Made by a program: the position numbers and the translations under genes | Notes under the pieces: generated by a model | What the model saw: only the letters and a program-made list of their open reading frames with translations | Told to the model about the DNA's origin: nothing | Database searches by the model: none | Shown here: positions 23,237 to 36,800 of the stretch, in pieces | Position numbering within the stretch: the stretch's first letter is position 1 | Layout: each line of letters begins with the position of its first letter | Assembly (NCBI GenBank): GCA_037379345.1 | Contig: CM074519.1 | Coordinates: forward strand, 16,470,742 to 16,534,741 | Reading direction: 5' to 3' | From: Perna viridis | Lineage: Eukaryota | Length of the DNA stretch: 64,000 bases

Positions 23237-24661
23237 ATAATATGTTACAGCGAGTAACATAGTTATCTTCATGGGATATAGTTGACATCGTCTGGATTAA
23301 CCTATCATTATATAATGAAATGTCCCAGGTAGTCAGGTAATCAACTGGACAATTAGCACTTTTAATTACCTTGAACAATTAACACGTAACGTCTTTTTCT
23401 GTTTATTTCATATATTTTATTAGAAAATAAAATATTTCACAAAATGGTATAAAATTGCTATTACATACTTTTCTATCTCGAGACATTTGTGTAATTATTG
23501 ATATGTGGAATATATGACTAAATATTGCATTATTCTACCTTTATTTGGCCAGTTATATGTCTCACTCTTCGTGGTTAAACACAAGTCATGAATATTTTCT
23601 TTTAAGTTTACGAGCCCCTTTTCACCCCGTTTTAAGACAACTTGTTTTAAGAATCAATACTAAGGAGTAGTTTGTGAGTGTAAACTAGTTGACAATGAGT
23701 GTCTGTGCCTTCAAGACCACGCGGTATAAACCGAGTGCGCTTAATGCAAGGCTGTTATCACGACACCAGGCAGATCCTTTGATATGGCTGGCAGAGGGTA
23801 AACTTCATTTACCACTTAATTTCGTTTTGTTTTAAAGTCAGTCTCTGTAAGAATCAGGCAAGTATAAACACTTACACTTAAGGCATTTTTCTGTATCAAT
23901 TATTTAACGACTCAAGAGATATATAACAATATTGAAAGATCTTTGACAATAAACTGAAGAATATTAAACTTATCAAAGAGTTATTTCCCCTTTTTAAAAC
24001 TTTTAAGTATTTTGTTTATGTATATTTTTTTCATTCTTGCCATTCGGTAAATAGACAAACCACATTTATTCTTTAAATGACACGAGTTTGTTCTCTATAA
24101 ATGATTTAAAATCTTTTAAATAAATTCTGGCATGTGCCACCAACTTAATGTGGGTCTTCAATAGACACCCTCTTAATTTTTGTAGTTTTTCAATTAATGT
24201 ATAACAATCTAATCGCACGCGACATAACCGAAGACAGGGAGCTGAGAGATCGGCATTTAATTAGATCATACAAGTGTACATGGATATATAGTACAGCCCA
24301 AAATGGAGGTATAATACTTGTAAGATAAATGTAACTACATGTATATTTGCGTTGATCAATTTTCGTACAAGTGTCCAAGTTCCAATATTTTGTGATTTTT
24401 TTCACTCTTTGTTCATAAGACATTTATGATTTTCAATTGAAATTTGACATTTCTTTGGAAATTTAAAACTGCAAATTATATGTTATTAAAAATAAGTAAC
24501 CCAGCTATTTCTAATTTAATTCATTCTAAACCTGCCTACCATTCGAAAATGAAGGGATTTTTCAAGTACTGAAAAGAAAATTCTTTTATGCTTTACAAAA
24601 GAACAAACCATATCAAAAATAAACATATTATTCTAAACTATTTTAAAATGCTTTAAACAAT

Positions 24662-24885
24662 TTACGCATAAAATCCCCACAAGAAAATAGCTAATGTCAT
24701 TAACAAAATGGCATTTATATTAAGAACAATTTTCCAGAGACGTTTCTCGTGTATAGAGTTTTGTTTTGCTTCAATGGCTCTCTTTTCCTCCTCTGTCAGC
24801 TCCGGTTCTTGTTCCATCTTTTCAATTCCACATATCCATCTGAAGGCCTTCGTGTAACAGGGCAGACTTCCCCAATCTTCCTCAG
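24662..24885 (-). CDS. SLC5A exon 14 (last)
   Basis: WICGIE...[31 protein letters not shown] typical SGLT C-terminus. Confidence 0.93.
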
Positions 24886-27800
24886 CTAAAACAGGGAATA
24901 CAGATAAATTATCAATACCAAAGTGTCACATGAGGGTGTTACCATGGCAACAAACACAGACAGACGTTTTATAAAAAAAACAAAGTGAAGTGCTATTATG
25001 CAGCCCAGCCGTTATTAGGACATACTCTGACCGAGTTCTTTGGTCAGGTATTCCGAAGGCTTGGCACCGCCACCAACACCAGTTGGTTCCAATTACCACT
25101 AACATCGACCGTGAGAGGCCTGTATGGGTCAAGGTCATTAAAAACCCCAATCAACATCATATGCTATTATGAGACATTAAGAATCTAACACCGTTAAGAG
25201 GAGTGCAGGACAAAGAAATCTCGGACACCCAAGGGAGAGATTTAATGTTCTCTAATGAGGCGCTACCGAGTTAGAAAACATCGAAATATTACCCGAAGGT
25301 GTCTGATATTTTATAGTCTGGCGTTTTCTTTCGGTATTTAGTTATAACAATTCAGGGTCCAGTTTCATAAATCTTTCCTCAACCGTCCACCAAACAGATC
25401 ACTTAAATTAAAGATTTGAGGAAAAACACAGGACTTGAGGAAATTTTCAAGCAGAGATTTTTTAATAAAAACCAAGCCTGAATGTACTGCTTGCCGAAAT
25501 TCCTTTGAATACACAAGATGTAATAAAACGTTTGGTTATGACGTCACAAAAGTCATATGCAGATGTGAATCTAGGGGGGTTGAAACCTCTTTTCTTTGGT
25601 TGAAAAAAATTGTTAATTTCATGCAAAATTACAAACAAAATCTAGATCTACCGCGGCAGTATGCAATTCAAAAACGAGCTTTTCTGTACTGTCAAAATAG
25701 CGTGTTCCTATAGCAATTATATTTTGCAAAACAACATGAATTTAAAGATAATACATGTACTTAGAAACCCAAGCATATATTAGATAAACAGATATGAATA
25801 GAAATAATCCATCCTATATGACATCAATAATTCATAAAAAAAACTTTAATGAATGGAATCATCTCGCGCTCTAAATATTGAGTTGCCCCATATATAGACA
25901 AAACAGTGCACTGACCTGACGTATAATTGATATACGGATGAAGCCCAGACACGCGAGAAAATGCGAGGCTGCGTCGAACATTTTAACCAGTTAGAGCTGA
26001 ATTGGTATATCAAATTTTTTTGTCAAGTCAGTGCATTGTTATTGACGTCTTTATACTGCATCAAAATTTCAAAAGAAGCGGTCGACATCCTGGCAACTTA
26101 AAACAGTGTAACGTTTGTTAGAAAGTTATATTCAGTCAGTGACCGTATATTTACGGTCAGTGCATTTTGACTGCTCAAAAAAAATGTTGCAGTATCATTT
26201 CATCAAATACACGTACCTAGGTGATCTAATTTAGTTTCCTTGTGATCATGTCTGTCCGGTTCAGCATCTAAATCTATTCTGTCCAATGTACTATATCTGT
26301 TCCAGAAAGTTAACCTGTGTAGCTGAAATAATTACATGATAGTTACAGTTAAATCTGTCTAAACCAAACCCTTTTAATTCCGTTAATTTTAGACATGAGT
26401 TTGTTTTACCAACTTTGAAAGTTCAAATCACATTCAAAATTGCATATAGGTACATTTGTACTTGCAAAGGTGTTTTGTTCAGAAAGGTTTTCGGATAATT
26501 GAGGATTCGGTTTACACAGGTTTCACTGTATTTTAATAAACCATTAAAATTCATTTACTCTTAAATCACATACAGATATCTAAAAAGTTACAGTGAAAGT
26601 ACTTTAATTCGTGGATACCAATTTCCGTGGGTTAGGAAAGAAAATTCTCGGATTCTTGAATTTGAGGTTTTGAGGTTTTCAGTATTTTTCATCAATGGAT
26701 ATCTCCTCTTTGTTGAAACAAAAATTTCTTGGTTTTTCATACCACGAAAACCACGAAAATTGATACCCCACGAGCAATAGTGCTTTCGCAGTAATCATTT
26801 CAAAAAGTGTCAAATTTAATGTTAACTGCGAAAACTATATTAACAAAACAAAAAAATATATATATAAGTACAAATAAAGGATATTTTCACACTTTTTGTT
26901 GGTTAAATGTCTTCGTTCATACCTTGTGCATGTACATAATTCAACAAAACCAGTGACCTTGCATTACACCATAAAAGTACTTTTTAAACTTACATGGACA
27001 TCATCAATTGGTTTTGTCAGTAGACTAATGATAATTGTGGTTATGAAACATATTCCGAATAGCAAAATTCCGAAGTGTAGATAATGAACTTTGCTGATAA
27101 TTGCTGGTCGGTTGTCGTCTGCCTCTTCACCACAAGGTGGCACTGTATATGCATACTCCCAGATAAAGCGGATCAGTCCAATGACCAATCCCAGCATAAG
27201 TCCCCAAAATGCGCCCTACAATACATGAGGCATTGACTTTAAAGTCATGAGTATCGGCGCGTGCACTTACATCAGATGATAAATCAAAACAACAATAATT
27301 GATGATAAACAATATACAAAATTGGAAACCATCTCAATGAAGCGAGACTAAGACCAAAACCGGTGTTTCTTAGTGGTTGTCAGTTTGTTACAAGACATTA
27401 ATCGTATTCCATGAAAATAAATGAAAAAGACTATACTTTTGAATGACGACAACAGTGACTTTATCGAAATGAAAATTTAAGTGAAGAAAGTATACGTGAA
27501 TAGGGGTCTGTCTAAAACTCAGACAAGGTGTGATTCATTAAGATAACGAATGAAGTTGTTTAAATAGATTTGTTACATCCTGAAAACTGAATATTCTTGC
27601 GTTCATTTCATTGGATCTACAATATAGTTTAGTGAAACAAGTTTTGAATAGTTATAGTGTAAAATTTCTAACGTGAAAATTTTCTGTACTTTTCTACAGT
27701 AGAACATAAGCAAATTGTTAGTGTTAATATCTGCGTTGACCAATTTTCATTAGCGCTCTTTGAGATAAAGTTACGCGTGAATCACTAATCATAAATTTCT

Positions 27801-30800
27801 GCCTGATCTTATTATAAGGCAGTTTGACTTGACACAGAAAATAGCTTCACTTCATTTTTGGGACTCACCTTTTCGTTTGTTCTCTTCCAGAATACAGCCA
27901 AAACATACACAGCACATACGGGTGGAGCTAAAAAGCTTGTAATGGCCTGAATGTAATGGAACAGTTCTGATATATTCTGAATAATAGGAATCCAAATGAT
28001 TGAAATCACCACCAAAATAATTACACAACATCTACAAACAGAAAAAAAAACAGTGTTTGAATCAACGGTCGTCTTTCAAAAATTCTGATAAATCATAAAA
28101 TCATTAAACCTCCACCGATACTTAAATGTTTTTTTTTCTACAAAATCTTCTGTTTTCAAAACGTTCACTATAAGTACCTGACCCTTATTTGTTTCTTGAT
28201 TTTGATAGTAGAAACAAAAATAGAAATGATTGATTTATTGGCAGATATTCCTTCCATTTTAGGAGTAGATACGTTCATCATTGAATCGAAAAAAAAAAAC
28301 TCATGATACTAATCCAACACGATGAACAGTATTTGCTATAATTATGCTTGCATAAAAAAGGGACAGTCCGCGCGTATGCAACGGACACTTTGTTCTGATA
28401 TCGAGCCAATCAGTTCTCTCCTAAATGCCGCCTGATTAGCGGAAGATCAGAAATTTTCATTTTTTAAATCTTTGGTAGTATTCGGGCGAGCAAGTCAAGT
28501 GAAGTCGTTGCCAGTCGTTTTGACAAATGTAATGCTCACAAAGATGATTGAATATAAAGTTCAATCGTTAAAGAAATAAAAATAATATGGCCCGTTTCAT
28601 TAGGAGCACACTATATAAAAAATGCATTTAATTGATACATATTGATGAATTCCATATCAAAAGGAATGATATTTACCTTCCAACAATCATTAGTTCAACG
28701 TCAGAAGCCTTCTTCCTGATCCTCAGCCAGATATCGATCGTAAATAGAGTACTACTGCTGTTAAAGATAGAAGTCAATGACGAAATCAGAGCGGACATCA
28801 TCACAGCTAACATCAGCCCTTTCAGTCCAGTGGGCATGATACCCAGTACAAGCTTAGGAAAGGCAATGTTTGTACATCCGGCCCTGGATTCACAAACCTC
28901 CATACACTTGTCAGGATCAGCACATCCCACTGTGTCTGAAAGGCAGAATGATTGAAATATAATAAGAATGCTGTTTTGATACCAGCATTTACATTCTCGT
29001 TGGACTGCGATAAATCTTTTATATGACCATGCATGGCGCCACGTTTTTCTTCTTTCTTTCTTTTTTATAATATTAGAGTCAACAAGATATGTTCATAATC
29101 TTATTGTTTACCGCCTGTTAATTTGTTTCAAAATAGTACTTGTATACCCCCACCCAACAAAAAAATGTCAGAAGCCTGAATTCGCTGCTCCAATTCAGGA
29201 CCAAGAAGGACCAAGGAGTCCTTCAATCATCCACGAACCTTTAAACTGACAACTGCTAGGAGCCAAAACGCTACGGTGACCGAAGATTGAAATACAAATT
29301 GTATAGGTTTACCACCTGTTAATTTGTTTCGAAATAGTACTTGTATCCCCCCATTCCCAACAAAAAATATCAGAAGCCTTAATTCGCTGCTCCAATTTTG
29401 GACCAAGAAGGACCAATAAGGAGTCTTTCAATCATCCATGAACCTATCATCTGACAACTGCTAGGACCCAAAACGCTACGTTGACCGAAGATTGAAATAC
29501 AAATTGTATACGAGTCCATCTGAAAATGATTGGTATCTTGGTTTTTCTTATTTATTCCTTGTTTACATGTTACTACTCTAATTTTCTTACTTCGGTATAA
29601 AATCCTTGAAATCATTCCAGGGAATACCATTATCCAAAGAGGCAAAAATTTCAAATATCCAGCTAAAATAGTTCCTGCTTTTGCATTCGACAGATTTTTG
29701 GCAGCTAGAGCTCTTTGCACTATAACCTAGTCAAATATGAAAAATGACAAGAGAGCAGTCAGTTAAAAGCATCGTTGCTTACCAACCCCTCTTTCCACTC
29801 ATGTAATCGCGCTATCATTTTAGTTTAGTCGCAGGCACGCGACAGCGTAGTAGCTCGTTGTTTTTTTACGATGGTTACAATATGGTAAAACTGAACTATT
29901 TTGATTACCTCTGTAAAGAATTGTTTAATGCATTAGTTTTAAAATCTATTTATTTTGTACTTAAGTTTTATGTACCAGAATATAGTTTTCAAGTAGTATA
30001 TCGATATTTCGTGTTTCAACCGTCTGCTTACGCCATTACGCAATTTGCTAACAACCACAAATTGTTTCTTTTTAGCCACAAGGTTACCACGCCATAATTC
30101 ACTGAATATCATAACGAAACTGAATGTTAAACAATAGATTTTACCAACCCAAAGGACCAGAGCATTCACCAAAGCAGAACAACTTACTTGATTGGAGCAC
30201 TCTTGCAATAACAAAACCGAACAAAATTACCTGGTCTGAGCACCAATACCACACAGCGGATATAGTCAGACCGAACATAATTCCAGGCCATGGGAGGCTG
30301 CCGTCGTCAGGAGATCGCATGAGGTGCATAGCATTCTCTGGAGGAATGCCACACTTTGCGTATTTGTAACTTTCATTTCCATAATTTTCTATTGTGGTAT
30401 CAGGATAGGCTTCGAAATATTTTCGAACCATTACTTCGTATCCACCGACTTCTATGAAACCTTTAAAGAAATGTGATTAATGATTATAAAGTTCATTCGC
30501 TTCCAACAAATGGGCATTTTATCCCAAATCGTTAAGTGACTGTATTTCTTAAATATTTTTTAATAAAACAAAGTTTTATCAGAAATTACCAAAACGGTGC
30601 AATACAATAATTGCGTTGAAAAACTAATGAATATTTAAATTTTCATGTGTAATTTTATTTTTTTAAAGAGTGGAAATGTTAAAGTAGACCTTACTCAAAA
30701 TCATCATTATAAACGCTCCAATGATCATGATCACAACTTGAATAAAATCAGTCCAAATGACAGCAGTAAGGCCACCTGAAAACAGAAAAGGAATTAAAGT

Positions 30801-33800
30801 AACAAAAACTAAGGAACTGTTAAGGATTGATTGATTGTTGGGGTTTAACGCCTGAGCAAAAATATTTCAGGTATATTCAGGCGAAGGAACTGTTAAGGTG
30901 TGACGACAGAGAAAATGTCCAAATATACAGTGCGTTTTTGAATTAGAGATTGTTGTCAATAATCATGAAACAATTAGAGTATCACATACTATTATTCGTG
31001 GGGTACCAATTTTCGTGGTTTTCTTGGGGAGACCAAAATGTGAAATTGTATTCCCAACGAATAAGAGATTCTCATTGATGTGTATACATGTATACAGAAA
31101 ACATCAAAACCACGAATTCAAGAATTGTATTTCTTCAGTAATCCACAAAAATCGGTATCCACGAAATAAAGTACTTTCACAGTACTCGCAACAATGATAG
31201 CTTGCAAAAGATAATGAATACAAAATTAAATTTTGGCGTGTGCAATTGATCAGGCAGGCAAACGCAGAGAGCCTTCAATATTAATATGAGTATTTAATGA
31301 TAATAAGAGTCTTCACAGTGTTTTTCAAAACACCTCGTGCAAATAAAAAATCTTTTTTGAATTGAATAATTATATATTGGCACTTGCGATCAATACATTT
31401 GTATGTACATGTATTTGACTTACCTGACAATATAAAAAATTATGTTGACTTATACCTGATATGTTATGTGACATATAAGAATTATAAATAATATGTTTGT
31501 GACTTACCAGATATTGTGAAAAGGGCAGCAATGGCTAACAGAATAATGACTGCAACATAGAGATTCAGACCTTTAAAAGCTTGAGTGATAAAGATGGCGC
31601 CCGAGAATAAATCAGCCTGCAATCATAGAATTTTATAATATACCATGTTATATGATTTTGTTTTGTATATTAATTTTTGGGATACACTTACTGTAGCAAG
31701 AGTTTCTCTGTATATGCCTGGAAGGCAAATCGAAGAAACCAGGATACGAATGGCAGTAAAAAAGTACATAATCCAGGGATGACGAGGAAAATAGACACAC
31801 AAATAACTAAATTAACACGTGCAAAGAAATAAAAGTAAATCAGCAAGCCGACCTCCACTAAAAACTGAGAGCTTGGACCAGGTGCACCGGTAGGGTACGC
31901 GTCCTCTGCTATTCTAAAGAAGTATTTGCATACATCGTCGTCTTACAAACTCAACAATTTAATGACAATTTTATAAGGAAACTAGACAAAGGGATGCCCC
32001 CGCACTCCATTTTAACACAGCTACCTTATATTTTTTGTTGTAAAAATTTATTTATGAGAGTTGTGTCTTAGAGACACATTTGATGCCCCTGCATGTATTT
32101 TCTGACATTTATAAAAGTCAATTTATACCCGCAAGCCTTAATTCCTTAGAATGGCGATAGTCTTATAATCAGAGAAGGTTGAAAATGTCCTGACTTGATA
32201 GCATTGGTCTACAGGAACAAACACTTAATCTAACGTTGATCCACTCTTGTGTGTAATGGATCTTCCATTAATTGTTTATAACCTTCATGATTATTCAAAA
32301 TTATTTACTACCTATTTTGAATACTGTAGAAGGAGATATCCGGAATAGACATGTACCCTATTCCCTCAAAAGGGTGACCAAATGACTAAGTCCAACTATC
32401 CATGAAAATGTCAAATATTGATAGAAATAAAAACCCTGATAAATAGCACATCTTCAATCCAGATATAATCATTCTGAAAAGTATCAACTTCCTCTCCTAA
32501 AAACTGTAGGAGGAGTTATCCGGGATAGTCATGTCCCGTATTCACTCAAAATGGTGACAAAATGACTAAGTCCAACTATACATAAAAATGTCAAATATTG
32601 ATAGAAATAAAAAAATCCTGATAATATGCACATCTTCAATACATACATAACCATTCTGCAAAGTATCAACTTCGTACCCTAAAAACTGTAGGAGGGGGCA
32701 AACGGAATAACTATATACCCTGAATGGTACGGACGGACGGACAGAGATAAAACAATTTACCCCAACTAAGCATTGCGTGAACATAATAATCAGAAATCCG
32801 ATATCAAACTCAGTCTTGCAAGGTATTACGTCCCAACCGAACTTTCGTTGCAATAAATGAAAAAAATGTCATGATCAATTTCAGTAACTTAGTCATATTC
32901 ATGACATGCCTTAATAAATAGTGTTCCTTCCTTTCTAAAAATAGTATTGTAGATAATGTATTTCGATCCAGGTACCTTGATAAAACGGTTTGGTCCCGGC
33001 TCATTTACACTCAAATTCAGCGCGATAAAAAGTTTCTATTAAGGAGGTCCAACTCAGAAATCACATATCTGCATAAGTCATTGCAATAAGAATGCAACAA
33101 GTGGCACATTCTAGTCTACTGGAGTAGAATTTGCATAGTACTGTCAATACGTAAGGGTAAATAACTATGTTGCCCTTATGAAAAGGTCATCGCTCCGGGA
33201 GTTAAAAGTCGTCATAACGACCTAAATGACCAATATGGAGATATGACGTGTTACTTTCCAATATGATTGGCAATATAGCAATTAAGAGACTGTCCGTGTA
33301 AATAACATGTTTGGCTCATACAAAATTTTATCCCACGAAAATTTGTGTTCCAATGTAATGTTTATATCATATGATTGTCAAATAGTATAAAGATTTTACA
33401 ATGCGACAGTGAATGATGACTCGGAAAATGATTTTAAATTTCATTAACAAAGCAACCACATTTTGCTAAAAAAATAAAGGGTTATCTCCCCTTTTTCAAT
33501 GAATTTCAGTGCGTTCTATGTATTTTTTTCTCTTTAACCATTGCATTTAATCAAAAACTAACATTAAACTTTGAGAAAGGATGCATTTATGATATGAATT
33601 GGATGAAACATTTTTTTAAATAAAATTGGTCATGTGCAACCCACTGCCTGGCTTTTGCATGGACAGCTCCTTGATGTTTTTTTCCGACTCCAATAAGGAC
33701 AGTACGGTAGTAGCAAGGACTGCTCATCCGGATGGCGCATCTCAGTTCGCTCAGTCTTTTATTGAGGTTCTGCTAGTATTTAGCTCTTAGAGATGACTAT

Positions 33801-36800
33801 ACTAATATGGTAAAGTACTTACAGAAAGTTTTGTGAACACATAAAGAAGCAGTGCAAGTACAGATAGGTAAACTCGTATTCTCTGACCACCGAATCTCTT
33901 CTTTAGATACTCTGGCATTGTAAATACCTAAAGTTCATAATCAAACTATTATGAAACATGATAAAACATACATGTATATGTATGCTATGGCATCTGCAAT
34001 GTATTGAAGCTTGCTTTAAATGACAAGATTATTGTTGTGCTTAGTAGCATACAGAATAGTTATACATTTCACAAATTAACAATGTTTTGAGGTATGAGGA
34101 TTGATTGATTGATAGATTGATTGTTGATTTTTAATGCCGTTTCGGCGGCTAGGGTCATATCAAGAGCAAGAGCATTTAGGGTATTTGGAATCATCTTGTC
34201 TCTGTTCGTTCGTCTGTTCACATATCTTGTAAGTGTAAATCCTCCTTAACCGCTGAACAGATGTTTAATTTCTTATTAATTTCGTCAATATGAGAACTGG
34301 TAACACAATGTTTTTGCTTTCATGCAATAAGCTATTTTCGTGTTAAACTAATCCGCATATTCGGGTTGAGGCAAAGACATTTACAGGTGATCCGATACAT
34401 GTATTTGAATCTTACCCCAGCAGCTGTATATACTGGAACAAAGAACCACCCTAGTACCATTAATATGAAAATTGCCTGTAATAAAAAAAAAACATATTTT
34501 GTTATACATGTAAAAAGAATGTGTATAGTTTTGGAGCGACGGACTGGAGCCCGAGAGTATGGGACAGGAAGTGGGGGTCGGGATGTATGAATTAGTGCTA
34601 AGGGTGAAGGACGTCCAGAGCATGACCGAGATTTTTTCCCTTTCCCATTTTGCTCCATAAAATGGAGTAAAAACTGAATGAAGGTGGTCTGATGGAAGTG
34701 AAAATTATATGGGGAAAGGCAGTGAGAACCACTACTTCCTCGCTCACTGTACACCCCACATTTATGGCCGTTTGGAAAGGGTGATTACGGAACCCCTTTT
34801 ACAAGTCGCGGTCTATTATTAAGTATCAGTCCCTGTAAGAATCAGGCAGTAGATGAAACATGGTATAAAAACCTTTTCATTTTGATAGTGTTATTTTACT
34901 ATTTGCACCATCAGAATAAAAAAACAGACACGATTTTCCATATCATGCTGGACCATTGAGTTACAATTTTAATGAAATGCACTGAAAATTAACACTTCAA
35001 GATCAGATAAGTCTGTCAAAAACCTCATTTTTCTAACATTCCATTGAAAAAATTTCTGAGCAAAGCCAGTGATGTAGAGATCAAATCATGGTCTTTTTAA
35101 ATAAAGAAAAGATCCTTGAGTGATATCACATCGTCAGATCGGCGGGGTTTTGACATGCATGTTTTTTTTTAATTTTTTTTTCCATATTGCCTGATTCTTA
35201 TAAACACCTACACGTAACTTGTTAAACAACTGAATAATTATTGCTAACAGTTACTTGCAATATAACAAGCAATATGTACTTCAGTATTTTGAAATGTTGA
35301 TCTTATAGTACAATAATACTTCGTTGAACTGAAATTTTAAAAGGGTCCTCTTTTTTAATAATAAGGTAAACACGTTTGTCAGATTGTTGCACTATCCGAT
35401 TAATTGTGAACTACAAATTATTAATATTTTGTTCAAGGTTCATCTTAAATGTGACGTGGCCTATAGGTACTGCATGTACTAGATGATTACCCGACTGTAA
35501 TAAGAAAATTCTCCCCAATACGTTGAGAATTTAGCTTTCAAGGGTAAGCGTTCTTTGGGTCATACATGTATATCCATAGCTATGTGTTTGCTTTTGTTTT
35601 GAATCTGCACACCGTTTACGCAACAGTGACGTCATTTTACTGTTTAGTAATCGCCCATCCATGGTTCAAATTTTTAACAACTCTAATTTTACAAGATAAG
35701 TGTCTTACAGTCCTTAATTTATGAATACTCACATTCAGCTCAAACACAGCGATACCAATACCGCTGGCAGCGCCCGACCCAGCAAGTCCAACAAAATGAC
35801 CACTTCCAATGTTACTTGCAAACAATGAGGCGCCAACCTATAAAAAGAAAGTAATTTATAAGTGAATTGGTGCTGGTCTTTTATTTCATTTATATTTCAA
35901 AATGTTCTTAATTTAGATTGACCCTAAGGATGTTTAATGCCCCCGGACTGGACGCATTTGACCTTGAATAGCCTGGACCAAATACGAGCGTCCTTGAATA
36001 TACTAGGGCCTATATGAGACAATACATCATGTAGCCCTTTACTGCAGGCTTAAGCGCAAATATAGTTTTTATCGACAACATGGTGGTATTTTTTCTCACA
36101 AAATTGTACGTTTTGGTATACATATATATATACATGTACAAGTTAAATAAGATATTACCTATTACATGTAGTCTACATTTGAACAAGGATTATTCGGTAC
36201 AGGTTCACATAAAAATCATGCAAAGGTTGATTAATCTAAATGTCATCTTTCTTAACAATGTAAGTCAATGCAGTAGTCCTACTTCAGAGAGAAAAAAATT
36301 ACTGGTTTTAAAGTGATTATTACATGCATGTACTAAAACAGGCGTAAAATAAATTACGTTGTTTGGTACAATTCGGGTAAGTGACTGGGTGGCTGACATT
36401 TAGAACTGTTAGTTCTTTATTTGCATGCCCATAGTCTTGCCAGTGGTTTTAAGTAGAAGTCTATAAAAATCAGACAAGTGGTGATTCATGCATGTGAAAA
36501 ACCCACTAAATTCAGTTTTATTTCTTGTTCTGGAACCATTATAGATCACATAACCAGTCTTAATTTTTCATTTGGGTTGCGCTTTTGAGATAAAATTTAT
36601 TATCTGAATTTTATATGGACAGGTACTTTATTTTTCAAATTACATGCTATAACCTCATCTATAATAGAGATATATATTTGCAGATTGTTGAAGAAACTTT
36701 GAATAGATTATTAAGTATTTCTTTTCCAAAATGTCGCTTCCAAAAACAAATTGAAACAAACAATTTGAATAAAAATCACTTAACAATGTCATGTAAATAA

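Noticed and set aside
25050-25085. Twister ribozyme (GGCGGTGCCAAGCC on the - strand)
   Set aside because: P4 does not close and the motif is not conserved in the second copy at about 49810
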